From assembly GCF_963921235.1 (NCBI RefSeq), contig NC_086097.1:187552001-187616000 (forward strand): a stretch of DNA of 64,000 nt, written 5' to 3'. A program made the translations under genes and the position numbers. Source of the DNA: Mobula hypostoma (taxonomy: Eukaryota). The notes below the pieces were generated by a model. That model was not told where the DNA came from. It did not search any database and was given only the letters and a program-made list of their open reading frames with translations. Shown one piece after another: positions 49,881 through 63,260 of this stretch; the first letter of the stretch is position 1, and each line of letters opens with the position of its first letter.

Positions 49881-50319
49881 CGTGCGTGCCACTGAGCACC
49901 ATGTGAAACAAGGGTTAAGCTTGGCTAAATTGTCAATGGCAGTTACATAGCCCAGGAACATTTAATATTGGAAACAAAATGGGTAATAAATAAAATTAGA
50001 GCTAAAGGAGTAAGAAAGAAAGGTGATGTGATAACTGGTAGAAAATGACAATCATCATTCTCTGAAAATGGATTTAAAAGTAAATGCTAACAGAGCAGAA
50101 TGTTGTAAGTGAAAGCTGGATTTTAAAGCAGAAACCTTTGAAAAGCTGGTGAATGCCATGAATTTGTTTATTTTCTCATTTTCCTGTGATATGGAGCTCC
50201 ATGCATCCTAACCAACTTCAGTTCAACAAATGACGATAATTTAACTTGGCTTCTTTTGAATAATAATTCATGAAGTTAATAGAGTGTTAAATGTGCCACG
50301 ATCTCTCTTACTCATTTTG

Positions 50320-50950
50320 CAGAGACTCTCAAAGGCCAGTTTTACCCCATCCAGTTACCTTAATTCTGCATTCCCTTCCCACTCTAACCTATTTGTCTTT
50401 GATCTGTTACACTAGAACAGTCAAGCGCAATATCAGCCTTTCATTTTACTTCTAGTTTCATGGCAACCATTGGAACTCAATACTGAATTCAACAATTTTG
50501 GTTAACTTCCTTTTCATACTTGTATCAATACTAGGCTGTTTTACTGTGCATTATCCATCTGTTTAAATTATTTATTTTCTCTCCACTGACATTATGGGAC
50601 ATTTCCAACAGCTTTGTCCTGCATTTCACAGGTTTTACTGTCCATTCACAAGTCCATTTGCTTGATAATTCTCTATAGCTTCACTCATCAGCTGTTGAAG
50701 CTATCAACCAAATGAGTAATTGGTTAAAAATCTTGGCTTGCCTTGTCAATGATACTCCCTATGCCCTCTATATTCCTTCCCCACCTTCACTGTAAATTAA
50801 AAGTAACTTATTTTATCTCCTTCTCACTTCTGTTAAAGGGTTTGTGACCTGAAACACTGAAACATTAGCTCTGTTTCTCTTCCCCAAAGATACTGTCTGA
50901 CCTGCTTATTTCAGTGATATATTCACTAAGTTTATTTTATTCAGATTTAC
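50320..50950 (+). mobile_element. Old Penelope-like 3' fragment with pLTR remnant
   Basis: ggaactcaatactgaattcaacaatttt ORF-end motif; aagggtttgtgacctgaaac...agatactgtctgacctgct. Confidence 0.5.
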
Positions 50951-50954
50951 AGCA

Positions 50955-51175
50955 CTATTACCAGTCCTTCTAGACAATGAGCCCATGATGACCAGTTACA
51001 CCCATGTGAGTAATTAACCTGTTAACCTGGCCATCTTTGGAATGCGTAAGCAAACCAGAACACCTGGAGGAGTCATGGGGAGAACTTACAAACTCCTTAC
51101 AGGCAGTGGAGGGAATTGAACCCTATTGGCTGATGCCGTAAAGCATTACATTAACCTCTATGCTACCATGCTGCA
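50955..51175 (-). mobile_element. V-SINE
   Basis: aaaccagaacacctggaggagtcatggggagaacttacaaactcc is the reverse V domain; gggaattgaacc is a reverse B box. Confidence 0.8.
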
Positions 51176-51259
51176 CGAAATGATATCTACCCAGATCACT
51201 AACTAAATCAAGTAGCTAGGAGGTATGAAGTAGGTAACTTTTTCAGATTATGAGGACAC

Positions 51260-51690
51260 TTCCTTGTTTATTGTCGTTTAGAAATGCATGCATTAAAAAA
51301 TGATACAATGTTCCTCCGGTATGATATCACAGAAACACAAGACAGACCAAGACTAAAACTAACAAAAACCACATAATTATAACAAATAGTTACAACAGTG
51401 CAAAGTAATACTGTAATTTGATAAGAGCAGACCATGGACACGGTAAAAAAAAGGTCTCAAAGTCCTGATAGCCCCAACATCTCATGCAGACGGTAGAAGG
51501 GAGAAACTCTCCCTGCCATGAGCTTCCAGCGCAGCAAACTTGCCAATGCAGCATCCTGGAAGCACCTGACCACAGTCCGACTTCGAGCCTCTGACCAGCC
51601 CTCTGACACTGAGCACCGAGCACCATCTCTGCTGAGCACTTCGACCCCTCCCTGGCCGCCGAGCAACAAGCAAAGCCAAGGATTTGGGGC
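51260..51690 (-). mobile_element. Probable LINE 3' UTR fragment
   Basis: Reverse AATAAA (tttattgtc) next to a short tail, then a GC/CpG-richer body unlike the flanks. Confidence 0.45.
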
Positions 51691-51740
51691 TTGCTTTTAA
51701 TTACACAAGTATATGCCTAATTATTAGATATGATGCAAAG

Positions 51741-52020
51741 CACAGTAGCATAGTGGTTAGCACAACACTTTACAGTACCAGCGACCCGGGTGCAATTTCA
51801 ACTAATGTCTGTAAGGAGTTTGTATGTTCTCCCCATGACGGCGTGGGTTTCCTCTGGGTGCTCTGGTTTCCTCCCTCAGTTCAAAAATTTACCAGTTAGT
51901 TAGTTAATTGATCATTGTAAATTGTCCCCTGACAGGATTAAATCAGGGTTTGCTGGGCATTGTGGCTCAAAGGGCTGAAAGGACCTGTTTCACAATGTAT
52001 CGCAATAAATGAATAAATAA
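51741..52020 (+). mobile_element. V-SINE
   Basis: tagcatagtggttagc head; ggagtttgtatgttctccccatgacggcgtgggtttcctctgggtgctctggtttcctccc V domain; (AATA)n tail. Confidence 0.85.
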
Positions 52021-53164
52021 ATGTTATGCTGGCAGGTGAATGTCAGTGGTAATAGATGTGAGCACATTCTCTGATAGGCATTCATTTTGTCTAGCAATGG
52101 TGTTATTGCCAAAAATATGTAGGTACTTAGAGGAAATAATAAAGGACACTTTGTGTGATCTACATAACAACAGAGGTTTGAAGTCTACATTGCACAATGA
52201 TGTAATAACACCAATAGAAAGAGCTCCAATAAATTGAAGCAAATACGCACAAATAATCGAATGATAGTGATGAATGTATTGGTTGTGAGCTTAGTTCCTA
52301 TAATTTAAGGTAGAACAATGCTCACAAGTTATAAACATATTTATCCACTAAACATTACCACTTGGACTTAAAACAACCTTTAAGAAGTTGTCACTGTCAA
52401 TGTGATAAAAATTCAAGAATATCCAACATCACGTCATAAATTATTTATCAACACTTACCTAGAATATGTTCTGCAGCATATTCAGTGAAGTCAGAGTTGA
52501 GAGTTTCCATGTTTTTTACAGGTTGGAGATCCCATTTATATTGAAACATTCAGAGCCTTATCTGAGTTGCTCTAGGGTATTCATTCAGTGGTAATGAGTA
52601 AAGGAATAATTTCAGATATCAGTACGTACACAGGTTAACCATACCCCAACACCCTTTCCTCTCTGCTTTCTCGATTCTCTAGCAGGCAACTGAAGATTAA
52701 ACTTTAGAAGTTAAACTGTAGAAGACTCCATTTACATTGCAATATTAGATCTGCAACCTGTAAGCTGGAAATTCCATTGTCTGATCCCTTCTTCTGCAGT
52801 ATCCTACAGTAGCTGTTGTGGAATGTTAAACACATCTGGGAAAATAATATTCCTAGCTGTTTGCTTCTGACAGCGTTCAAAATACATTAAGGCTTAGAAT
52901 TACAAAGGAAATGTATTTGAACAAAGATGTACGGGAATTTTGCCAGCACTCTGCAGTTCACTTGGATCAAAGCTGATCTGGCTGCACTAGAGAGACAAGA
53001 AAGTGATAAGAAAAATGAAAGAATTTCTCTGAAGAACGGCCAAGGTTTGAGAATGAGCATCTGATCTCATGATTCAAACTATTTACAAAATAATTAAAAA
53101 GAGAAAGAGTGAAAATAAAAGAGAGAAAGAGAAATGAAACAAAAAACAGGCAAAGAAAATATAT

Positions 53165-53410
53165 CCAATGGACTCACTTTCAAGAACTCATCATACGTAC
53201 TCGATATATGTGATTATTTATTTATTATTAATATTTTGTTTGTTTTTTCTCTTTCTGTATTTGCATTCTTTATTGTCTTTTGCACATTGGTTGTTGTTTT
53301 TTTTTTGCATTTACTGTGGATGCCCACAACAAAATCAATCTCAAGGTATTTCAAATATGGTGACATATATGTACTTTGATAATAAATTTACTTTGAACTT
53401 TAAACTTTAG
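53165..53410 (+). mobile_element. Rex1/Babar LINE 3' UTR fragment
   Basis: Reverse homolog of 8476-8740; AATAAA then tttgaactttaaacttt tail. Confidence 0.75.
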
Positions 53411-53709
53411 AGTGAAAGAAATATTTTCAAGATATAGTCTGTAAGGAAATGGGGAAGGCAATTTGTACATAGTGAATCCTCTTTAAACACCAGTGAGGTT
53501 ATGATCAGATTTTTTATTTTTGGTGGCACAGACTACCAGCTAAAACATAAATATCGGACAAGACCCAAAGGAAACTTCTCTACTCTTCTTCATGTAATGC
53601 CATGTAATCATGTGTGGACAGTTATGCAAACTAAATGTTGATGTTTTCAGTCAATTGAACTGTCCAAATGCTGCATACTAGGTCATCTAAGCACTCCTCA
53701 TTCAATAAT

Positions 53710-54300
53710 AAGAGCAGAAAATACTGGAGACACTCAACAGGTCAGGCGACAGCTGCAGAGAGAAAAACAGAGGCAATATTTCAGCCCAGTGATCTGAGGT
53801 GGAACAGTGGATGGTATTGCTGACTCACAGCTCCAGGGATCTCAGTCTGATCCTGAACTTGGATGAGGTCCTTGCGGAGTTTGTTTAGTCTCCTGGCGAG
53901 TCTTCAGATTTTTACTGGGTGCTCTGTGTTATTTTCACATGGCAAAGACATACTGATTTATTGGGTAATTTGATATTGTAAAGTAGCCTAGTATAGATGG
54001 GTGCTGGAAGAATTGTGGGGGGAGGGAATTCATAGGGAGGAAAATTAACAGCAGGGTAAATGTGTATTTGATGATTGGTATAAATGTAGTTGATCGAAGG
54101 CTTTGTTTATGTTCTGTATGACTCTATGACATATCATTTATTCCTCCCCATAGATGCTGCCTGACCTGCTGGGTCCTCCAGAACTTTGTGTTTGTTGCTT
54201 TTAATTTTGTTTGTCTGTCCACTGAGGCTGCCCAGCTTCCTGAGTACCACCAGTACTTTTGGTTTTATTTCAGGCCTCCAGCATCTGCATTTGTTTTATC
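53710..54300. mobile_element. Inverted pLTR pair with a V-SINE (~53800-54130, +) between the arms
   Basis: tactggagacactcaacaggtcaggc (left) versus catagatgctgcctgacctgctgggtcctccag (right); SINE head and V domain in between. Confidence 0.6.
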
Positions 54301-54979
54301 ATTTTGCTTTTCAGTCCCTTGTTCAACAATTCTCCTTGAGGCAGCGCAAGCTATCATTTTATGCTACTTTACAGGTAGTATGTCATGATTCTTTGTTTCA
54401 AAACACAGTTTTGCAGGAGTATTCTGTAAAATGTCCTTGTTCTATCTTTGAGTTTTGTCCAGAGACATACAGTGTCAAAGCTCCTCTCTCTTTGAATTAG
54501 TGGCTGAAGATAGAACTTCCAATGATCGTATAACCTTCCTGAAGCCAGAAGGACTGCAGGACAAGCGGCACCTTCTAATTAAGATATTCCACTTTCTATA
54601 AAATGTGGTAAGTCAGGGTAGATATGAAAAACCTGGACGATTTAGCATGAAGGCTAAACTATTTGATTATAATTTTTCTGCATTAATGGGATTTTCCAAA
54701 CCTGTACTCTTTCATAATTAATCTTAGGCTTGTTAAATGTTGGTTTAATTGCTTCAGTGAGATAAAAGTAATGGAGGGACTCAATCTACAGAAACCACAA
54801 GTTCTAGATTTTCAAGATATCAGCAAAATAGTTTTCCTATCACCTTTGAAAGAAGTACGATTTTTAACCTAAATACTGTAAGGTATAATTTATGCAGATT
54901 TTGCTTTATTTTGAATCACCTACATTCTAGTTTATTACCTAACCTGCTAAACTTTGTTTAGGTTGAACTATAGAGCATT

Positions 54980-55268
54980 TCAAGTCAAGACAAGTCACTT
55001 TTTATTGTCATTTCAACAATAACTGCTGGTACAGTACACAGTAAAAACGAGACAATGTTTTTCAGGACTATGGTGCTACATGAAACAATACAAAAACTAC
55101 ACTGAACTACGTAAAACAGCACATAAACTACACTAAACTATAGACCTACCCGGAACTGCATAAAGTACACAAAACAGTGCACGCATTACAATGAATAATA
55201 AACAAGACAATAGGCACAGCGGAGGGCAGTAGGTTGGTAGTCCGATGGCTTGGGGGACAAACTGTTAG
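54980..55268 (-). mobile_element. Rex-type LINE 3' UTR fragment
   Basis: tcaagtcaagacaagtca tail and reverse AATAAA (tttattg). Confidence 0.6.
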
Positions 55269-56070
55269 ATAAATAAACAGCTGAACTGTGATGTCCGGGA
55301 TCACGTCCATTTCTGTACTCCCGCTGAGTATTTTGTTGGAGTCGGATTTGAGTTATTTGGTTAGTTTATTTCCAAGGACAGAATTTATTCCAGAAAATGA
55401 AGAACAAGTGGGACAGTGGAACTAATTCATGTCCCTTTGGTTAGGATATATTTTAAGTGTTTTATCCTCTCCCTGTGACAACTTTTATTTGTAGGTCTGA
55501 TTTGCTTAAAGAAGCACATCTCATGCTCTGCTTGTTGAGCTATCTGTACATATCTATAACGAGTATGTAATGGCACTTAAGTAACGATCAAAAACTGAGA
55601 ACAATATGTTTAATGGAGAAAAAAAGAAGCTGAATTAGAACAAAGAGTGGAACAGTAAATAGGGACATTTGAGGAGAAAATTCCATCAGGAGACGGAAGC
55701 AGCTTTAGAGTCAGCTTCATGGTGATAACCTAAACAATGCCCATACGTCCCTTATCTACATCTAGTTCTTATCTAGAAATTGCCGCCATAATTGATAATG
55801 CACCTAATGTTCTTTGGCTCTAATATCCCACTGTGATATCAATAACTTACTTTTAGGAACATCTCCTAACTTATTTAAAGGAAGACCCTGCTGCAGGTAA
55901 GTTATCTACAAACTTCATTAATGTGGTGCTTAATGACAGATTATAGAAAAATATCCCTTTTTCCTTGGTGTTCACAGCAACTACTTGTTTCATTCTAATT
56001 AACTGTCTATGTTGTACCTTTATCATGCCAGTTTATTTTATGAGCATACTTTGGCACTTACTGCAAGCAT

Positions 56071-57735
56071 AAGTTCAAAGTTCAAAGTAAATTTATTAGC
56101 AAAATGCATATATGTCAACACACACAATTCTGAGATTCATTTTCTTATAGGTATACTCAATAAATCCATAATCACAATAGAATCAATGAAAGACCACACC
56201 AACACAGCGAAAAATCAATGTGCAAAAAAAAAACAAATTGTGCAAATACAAAAAGAAAGACAGAAAATTGATAATAATAATGATAAATAAGCAGTAAATT
56301 TTGAGATCATGAGAAGAAGTGTCCTTGAAAGTGAGTTAATAGGTGGCAAGAACAGTTCAGTGATGGGGTGTGAAGATCAGTGAAGTTATCCCCTCTAGTT
56401 CAAGGGCCTGATGGCTGAGGGGTAATAACTGTTCTTGAATGTGGTGGTGTAAGTCCTGAGGTTCTTGCACCTTCTTCCCAATGGCATCAGAGAAAAGAGC
56501 ATATCACCTGGGTGGTGGGGGTCTCTCATCATGGATGCTGCTTTCCTGTGACAGTGTGCTGTATAGATGTGCTTAATAGTGTGGAGGGCTTTAGCTGTGA
56601 TGAACTGGGTCATATCGACTACTTTTTGTAGGACCTTCCATTCGAGGGCATTGATGTTTCCATATTAGGCTGTAATGCAGTCAGTCAATATACTTTCCAC
56701 TACACATCTATAGAAGTTACTTAAAGTTTTCGATGTCTTGCCGAATCTTTGCAAATTTGTAAAGAAGAAGAGGTGTTGCCATGTTTTCTTCATAATTGCA
56801 CTAATCGTATGTGCTGAGTCTGGGTCAAGTCTTCTGAAATGATAGTACTGAGGAATTTAAAGATGCTGGCCCTCTCCATCTCTGATCCCCCGATGAAGAC
56901 TGGCTCTTGGACCTCTGGTTTCCTCCTCCTGAAGTCAATAATCAGCTTCTTGGTCCTGCTGATATTAAGCAAGATTTTCAATCTCAATCTTCAATCTCCC
57001 TCCTATACGTTGATTCATCACCATCTTTGATTCGACCTATGACAGCAAACTTAAATATGACTTTGGAGCTGTGCTTTGCCACACAGTTGTAAGTGTAAAT
57101 GGAGTAGAGGAAAGGGCTAAGCACACAGCCTTGCCTTTCTGCACCTGTGCTGATGGAGATTGTGGAGATCATATTGCCAATCCAAACTGGATGGAGTCTG
57201 CAAGTGAGGAAATTGAGGATCCAATTACCCAAGGAGGTATTGAGGCCAGATCTTAAAAGTTATTAGTTTTGAGGGGATGATAGTATTGAATATTGAGGTG
57301 TTGTCAATAAAGAGCATCCTGATGTATGCACCTTTGCTGTCCAGATATACCAGGGATGATTGAAGACCCAATGAGACTGCATTTACCATGAATCCGTTAT
57401 GCTGGTTGGCAAATTGGAGCGGATCCAAGTTGCTTTTCAGGCAGAAGTTGATATATTTCATCACCAACCTCTCATAACACTTAGGCACCAGTAGAAGTGA
57501 AGCCTGCTTGAAACAGGTGTGTGCTTCTGACATCTTTAATGAGAGGTTAAAGATCTCAGTGAACACCCCAGCTAGATGATCAGCATAGGTCTTTAATACT
57601 TGGCCAGGGTGCTCTCCGTGCCCAGGTTCACCCTCCTGAAGAATGCTGTCATGTCGGCCTCAGAGACTGAAACTGCAGGGTCTTTGGGGGCTGTGGGAGT
57701 TTGTGATGTTTTGACGGTCAAAGTGAACATAGAGT
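56071..57735 (-). mobile_element. Rex1/Babar LINE, 5'-truncated, decayed
   Basis: FTEIFNLSL...KCYERLVM...LDPLQFA; WILNFLT...[19 protein letters not shown]; tail aagttcaaagttcaaag. Confidence 0.9.
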
Positions 57736-59130
57736 ACATTCCTTTCACTTTGTAACATTCACCTCCTGTAATATTTTTCACTTCCCTCAAACTTTATTCT
57801 TCACAATTCTTCTATAATGCTGATCTGTTCTGATTACATTTTACTGATTTTTAAACTTTCCTTTGACTACAAAGCCCTTACTTCAAGGAAGACAGTTGAG
57901 TGATTCTAGTGTCAACATATCAGCTATCAAAATCCTTTTGAAATAACTCGAATCCAACATATTCTTTCTCTGTCTATTTCCTCCTACCTCTTGTTCCACA
58001 TCGGAACCTTACCCGCAATTCTCCTCTGAGAACTTCCTGCTAATAACAAAAATGCAGATGAACAGCCCAAATACTTCCAGATTTGCAACTCCCCTTTTCA
58101 TTGTTCGAGATAAGCTTGAGGATTTCCTTTTCCGAATATTTATGAAACCTTTCACTTCCTGACCACCACTTTAATGGTTTTGGAGATTTCCCTAACATGA
58201 TAGAAATGTGTCTATTCTTATTTTTATGCATTTTTCCCTTTTTGTAACCAAAATATTTTTGTCAAGAATTCTGGAAATTAAAGAAATGAAATTTAACTGA
58301 GTTTATAGAAAAAAAGAGAAATATTCAAAAGCAACAGATTTACAAAAATACATGTGAGTAATACTGTATGTACGAATATGGTGATAAATTCAGAATCCAA
58401 AGCAAATACGTTAGTTAAGGTCTTGAGTGAGGCAGGGACTTCCTACCCATAAGTCCAACTTCCTACTGTCATGATTTGCACAATGGTTTTCTTCTGTCAG
58501 TATTTCCTTTTCTTTATTGTTGATTCATTATTTCCTTCTCTAGAGTGTGTCAATTGTCATAATGACATCTCAAGTCCTTTAGCTCTGTGAAACAAGATTT
58601 GGAAGTCTCTGTTTCAAAGATGGACATTCATTTACAGACCATAGAGGTGCCTTTTTTATCAGTTTATAATATACGTAAATTAATTGCCTTAGGAATGCCT
58701 TGCCATATGAAATAAAATGATTTGCCTCCGCTATGTCATTGAAAATTCATTATGACAAAATAAATGTTTTGCCAGTGTGGGCTTATGAGCATTCACACTT
58801 AATATGGTACTGAGAGATGTGAGGAAATAGACTAGAGAGTGATTTTTAAAAGTCTGTCCTCAGTTCGTAGAAGGGCATTTCAGTAATTGTTCTGAGGTTC
58901 GTGAGTTCCAAGTTCTTTACAATTCTGTAGTTTGCATTGGGATCACAAATTCATAATATTTAAGAACCCAGTATGATGTTCTTAAAGTTCAAATCACACA
59001 AACAAATATAACAATAATATAATAATATTGTACAAAAGTGACACAGCATTGAGCAAAGCAAAGGAAGGCCACAACAAGGAATATAAAAGCACCTAGCTGA
59101 CTTTGATGTGTAGATCCCCGTGTGCTGTCA

Positions 59131-59580
59131 ACATAGAAACATAGAAAATAGGTGCAGGAGTAGGCCATTCGGCCCTTCGAGCCTGCACCGCCATTCAGTA
59201 CGATCATGGCTGATCATCCAACTCAGAACCCTGTACCTGCCTTCTCTCCATACCTCCTGATCCCTTTAGCCACAAGGGCCATATCTAACTCCCTCTTAAA
59301 TATTGCCAATGAACTGGCCTCAACTGTTTCCTGTGGCAGAGAATTCCACAGATTCACCACTCTCTGTGTGAAGAAGTTTTTCCTCATCTCGGTCCGAAAA
59401 GGCTTCCCCTTTATCGTCAAACTGTGACCCCTCGTTCTGGACTTCCCCAACATCGGGAACAATGCATCTAGCCTGTCCAAACCCTTTAGGATTTTATACG
59501 TTTCAATCAGATCCCCCCTCAATCTTCTATGCCAGAGAGTATAAGCCTAGCCGATCCAGTCTTTCATCATATGAAAGTCC
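59131..59580 (-). mobile_element. Young CR1 3' fragment
   Basis: MRGDLIETYKILKGLDRLD...FFTQRVVNLWNSLPQ open for 99 aa; (CTATGTTT)n tail; CpGs retained. Confidence 0.93.
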
Positions 59581-60299
59581 TTTAGCAGCAATGTGCAACT
59601 GGTCCTCTCTAAAGGCAAAATGCTTGATAATTTAGCTACTTGAAATGCCATCAAAATTAAATAAATATCTGCTTCAGTAGGGGCAGAGGTCATAAAAAGG
59701 GTTAATACTCAAAGGAAAGGATATAATCTCATAAAATAACTTAAGAACTACAGTTATTCGACTAAATGAAACAAGATGCTTTTGTCACTTGAACAGATGC
59801 AAAGCCAATTGACTAAACGGAAGTTTGCCTTCAAGAATCCAGGAAATGTGTATTAATAAACGCAGAGTATAGTACAACTGCAGAACATCCTCTGTGAAGT
59901 GATGGCTGGAGTAATGCTTTGTTCACAGTCCTCATATCGGATCGGAACACTGAAAGATGAGAGACCCTTTCTATAAAAGGAAGAAAAACAGTATATGAAA
60001 TACTGTAATTGCTTAAATGGTTTGCACGATGTGTTATTTTTATATTTACTAACTTTATTTTAATGGTCCTATATCAACTTCCCTCTTTCCAAAGCACCAC
60101 CGAGAGGTGCTTGCACTTGGCGCCTCAATATAGTACAGTATTAGACCTGAGATTGGGAAAAGGGAGGGCGAGGCAAATTCGCTTCCATCCTAAACAAAAC
60201 ACTGCAATGTGATTACACATCGAGATTTTAGTTTACATTATTTAAAGATCAATGACATACATAAAACGTTAGCAATTAAGATATGTTTATCTCTAGGAA

Positions 60300-62010
60300 G
60301 CGAGTCGGCATTGCATTTGTTTTTCTAACATAAGATAAAGCTGTCTTTAATCGGTAGAGCACAGGGGCGAGGCATTCCGTTCACAGTAGTCTGGAAAATT
60401 TTTGCTTAGCTTCCGTGCCAGGGAGGCAGATAATACAATGTCTGCATAATGACCAGAAGCGTCTGTGTCAGCCTCTGGTCTCCCAGTTTTCGTAGTGAAC
60501 CAGGTCTCTGCCAGTTAGACAGGGTAGTTGGTTAATTAGTGCGCAGACGCGCTGGAGGCTCCCTGGACTGTTACACTCGGACTGAGTGGTTGCAGCCAGT
60601 GAAATTGCTCCGGGGCGATCCGCCGCACAGAGCAGCCCAGGCTCCGCGCAGCTCCTTGATTCTCTCTCACAGTTTGTCACTATATCCAGCAACGGACGGC
60701 GCCTCTACAAATGAGCGGCTCCTTCTCTGAAAGATGGCAAACGGGTTCATTAAGCCTTTAGCCACACTGTACAGAGAAAGAATACTTACAATTGTATATT
60801 CCGGGGCGTTTTATTTGCAAACCTTGCTTTGGATTATTTGTTTCGTTTGTGGTGAGGAACAATCGTTCAGCGTGGAGGTAAGTTTGTATTACTTGGTTTT
60901 CTATAGTGATAATATTCCGCTACCAGTAATGCATTTGAATTCGCTGACGCTCCAATTCCGTAATGTACACATACTGAGATCTCCATAAATTACTGAAAAA
61001 ACTAGTCAAACGTTTCTTCATTTGTACAGATACATAGTTTTCATTTGATTAGAGCGATATTAATTTTAAGAATCGCTACAAATAAGAATGAAGGTGGTAG
61101 TGCCCTCTCACGGTGTGAACAGACTTTTTATTCAATCCAAAGGACATTGTGCGATGACTTGATGAATGCCGCTTTCTTGAGCAGTTGTATGCAGTAGGGT
61201 TTTTTTTTCTAATTGATTTATTATTCATTATCCTGCCCACGAACGAACGAATTTGAGGGCAGGTTGCATTCTGCGTACGGTACAGTCACACCTTTGAACC
61301 AACGTTAAGCTACAATCGGCCTCTAAACCTTTTCAGTCTGTGCTGTTATTGTGGACTAACGATACGTTCTCAATCAGTCTCCTTGTGTAACTTAAAATGA
61401 CTGGGGAAGCAAAAACTGTATCACGACCTTTGTTTTATAATCACCGGTAAGCGAAAATATTTCTTTAATGTTCTTATAATGAGTCATGTTGTAATTACCA
61501 TACAGGCAGCGTAAATTATTCCGTTTGCCCCTTTGTTTTACTGAATCAGTCATTTGTTGAGTCAGGTTACACACTTGGCTCCCACTCTCCGGCATTGCCA
61601 CGTTCTATCCACGTACTTTGATCCGACGGTTGAGATATCCGGCAAAGTGACGGGTCACTTGAAGTTCAGCATCCCGGAGTGCTGATCTGTTCCAGCAGAC
61701 TACTCGAGATTTCGATAATTTAATCCAGATGTATGGCCCATTTACTTCATTTCGCTCTTCCACGCGTTCCATCCTTGTGCCGGTTGGATTTTCAAACCTT
61801 ATATTCAACCTCCAATCACTCTGTTTCTCGGGGAGTAACAAGTTGCGAGTCGCGAGGTGATTTTGTGCTGCGGCGGGCAAGCGAACGCCAGCTGGAACGT
61901 TTGGCTTCTCAACTGCGACGTGCAACCTTGTAGTGTATTTTCAAGGCAGTTCGAAGCATCCTGGGTGGAGTGAAATCTGGTTTCCACTTAGCCTGTCGCA
62001 CAGTGCATTT
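60300..62010. promoter_or_regulatory. CpG-rich promoter / first-exon region
   Basis: Visibly high CpG density in non-repeat DNA (peaks 60540-60720 and 61600-61930) against CpG-depleted flanks; contains the candidate first exon. Confidence 0.75.
60734..60877 (+). CDS. First coding exon of an unidentified secreted or membrane protein (signal-peptide-like, 48 aa, phase-0 donor)
   Basis: Strong Kozak aagATGg; MANGFIKPLATLYRERILTIVYSGAFYLQTLLWIICFVCG-EEQSFSVE with hydrophobic core and V-C-G cleavage-like site; consensus donor GAG|GTAAGT at 60878; inside CpG-rich region; no second exon identified in the window. Confidence 0.7.
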
Positions 62011-62899
62011 CTAACGTAGTTAGGCAGCTCTGCTACAGAACAAAGTTATCAGAGGAGATTTCCAGTAGAGTTTTTTTTACTTTCATAGAGCAATAACATT
62101 TCATTTATCAAATATCTTCATTAAGAGCAGAAATTAGACAAATGTGGTTAATTAGTCTTTTGGGGATTTCTAAATTAACCTTCCTAATAAAATTAATGTA
62201 CTTTCAGTGGTTTCTCTATGAAACTAGTTTTGAAAAATATACAGGGAACGACGATCACTATCAAAACCGTTCTCTGTATGTCACCACACCACCATTGTAA
62301 TATAAGATATTTTAGAGGTTTTAAATTATGCTACCATCTCCATTATATATACCAGTTGGAAGAAGGTTAGGTATTTTTGAAAGTCCGTTGATGGTATGGC
62401 AACCTTAGGTGCCCTCAAGAAAACATTTGTGAGTTGCCTCCCTGAAGTACCGTTCTTGTGTGTGATAGAAGTAATCCCATATCCAGCTATGATAGCTCCA
62501 TGAGTTTAAGGGCTGATCTCCCTTTTAGAACTTGTGACAGAGTAGACTAGGAGGAACAAAGAAATTGAAAAGATACTGGGTTCTTTAGCCTACCAAGAAA
62601 ACTGTTCAACATTGTCTCCATTATTTATTGAACAGACCTATACTGTATAACAATGAAAAAAAAAGTTTGAAGTGTGATTTACACTCTGTTAACAAATATT
62701 TTATTGTTTTGTTTATTTATTCACAATATATGACAAAGTTTTTTTTATCACAATACACTTCTATAAAAGTAAGTATCTTGGTTCAATATCACCGAATGTT
62801 ACTGATTTATGTAACAAAGATAATCAGCTTTGATTGGGGGCACCCCTGGAGGTCTGATCATGTGCCATTCTTGTCATATAACAAGAGACCACATGAAGC

Positions 62900-63260
62900 C
62901 CAGTGATAATATTTAACTGCTCATTCACCTCTGAGTTAAAAGTTCCTGGTCCCATTCCAGGAGTTGAGCACAAAAAAGACTTAAAACACCAGTGCAGTAA
63001 TGAGAATGTATTAGACTGCCAAAGATTGTCCTCAGGGTGAAATGTTAGGCCTGTCTCTTGTTCTCTGATCAATATTTACCCCTCACATAATAGTATTGAG
63101 AAAATCTGCTTGTAATCATGATTCTGTACAGGGATCTGGCTGTCCCAAGACTGGCTATTGCTTTGTTTACATTACAAGAGTGACTATGTCTGTATTGGTT
63201 ATAAGGCACTTTAAAAGGCTCTAAAAAAAGATTGTGTGCTACTAAATAAGATTTTTCATG
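62900..63260 (+). mobile_element. Decayed SacSINE1/DeuSINE-like SINE
   Basis: cacctctgagt...cccattccaggagttgagcacaaaa...ccagtgcagtaatgag; caatatttacccctca; tacattacaagagtgacta match my recollection of the shark DeuSINE layout. Confidence 0.65.

Noticed and set aside
52459..52600. Minus-strand exon ending in AG|GTAAGT (METLNSDFTEYAAEHIL)
   Set aside because: Isolated donor with no supporting exon chain or homology; a lncRNA exon cannot be excluded.
55857..55896. 40-nt micro-exon (ttttag|...EHLLTYLKEDPAA...|gtaagt)
   Set aside because: Good donor but weak polypyrimidine tract, no partner exons and no recognisable peptide; compatible with chance.
60878..60988. Extension of the CDS to the ORF-track stop
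   Set aside because: The consensus donor at 60878 makes this more likely intron 1.
61605..61925. 106-aa minus-strand ORF in CpG-rich DNA
   Set aside because: No recognisable domain or splice support; GC-rich regions give such ORFs by chance.
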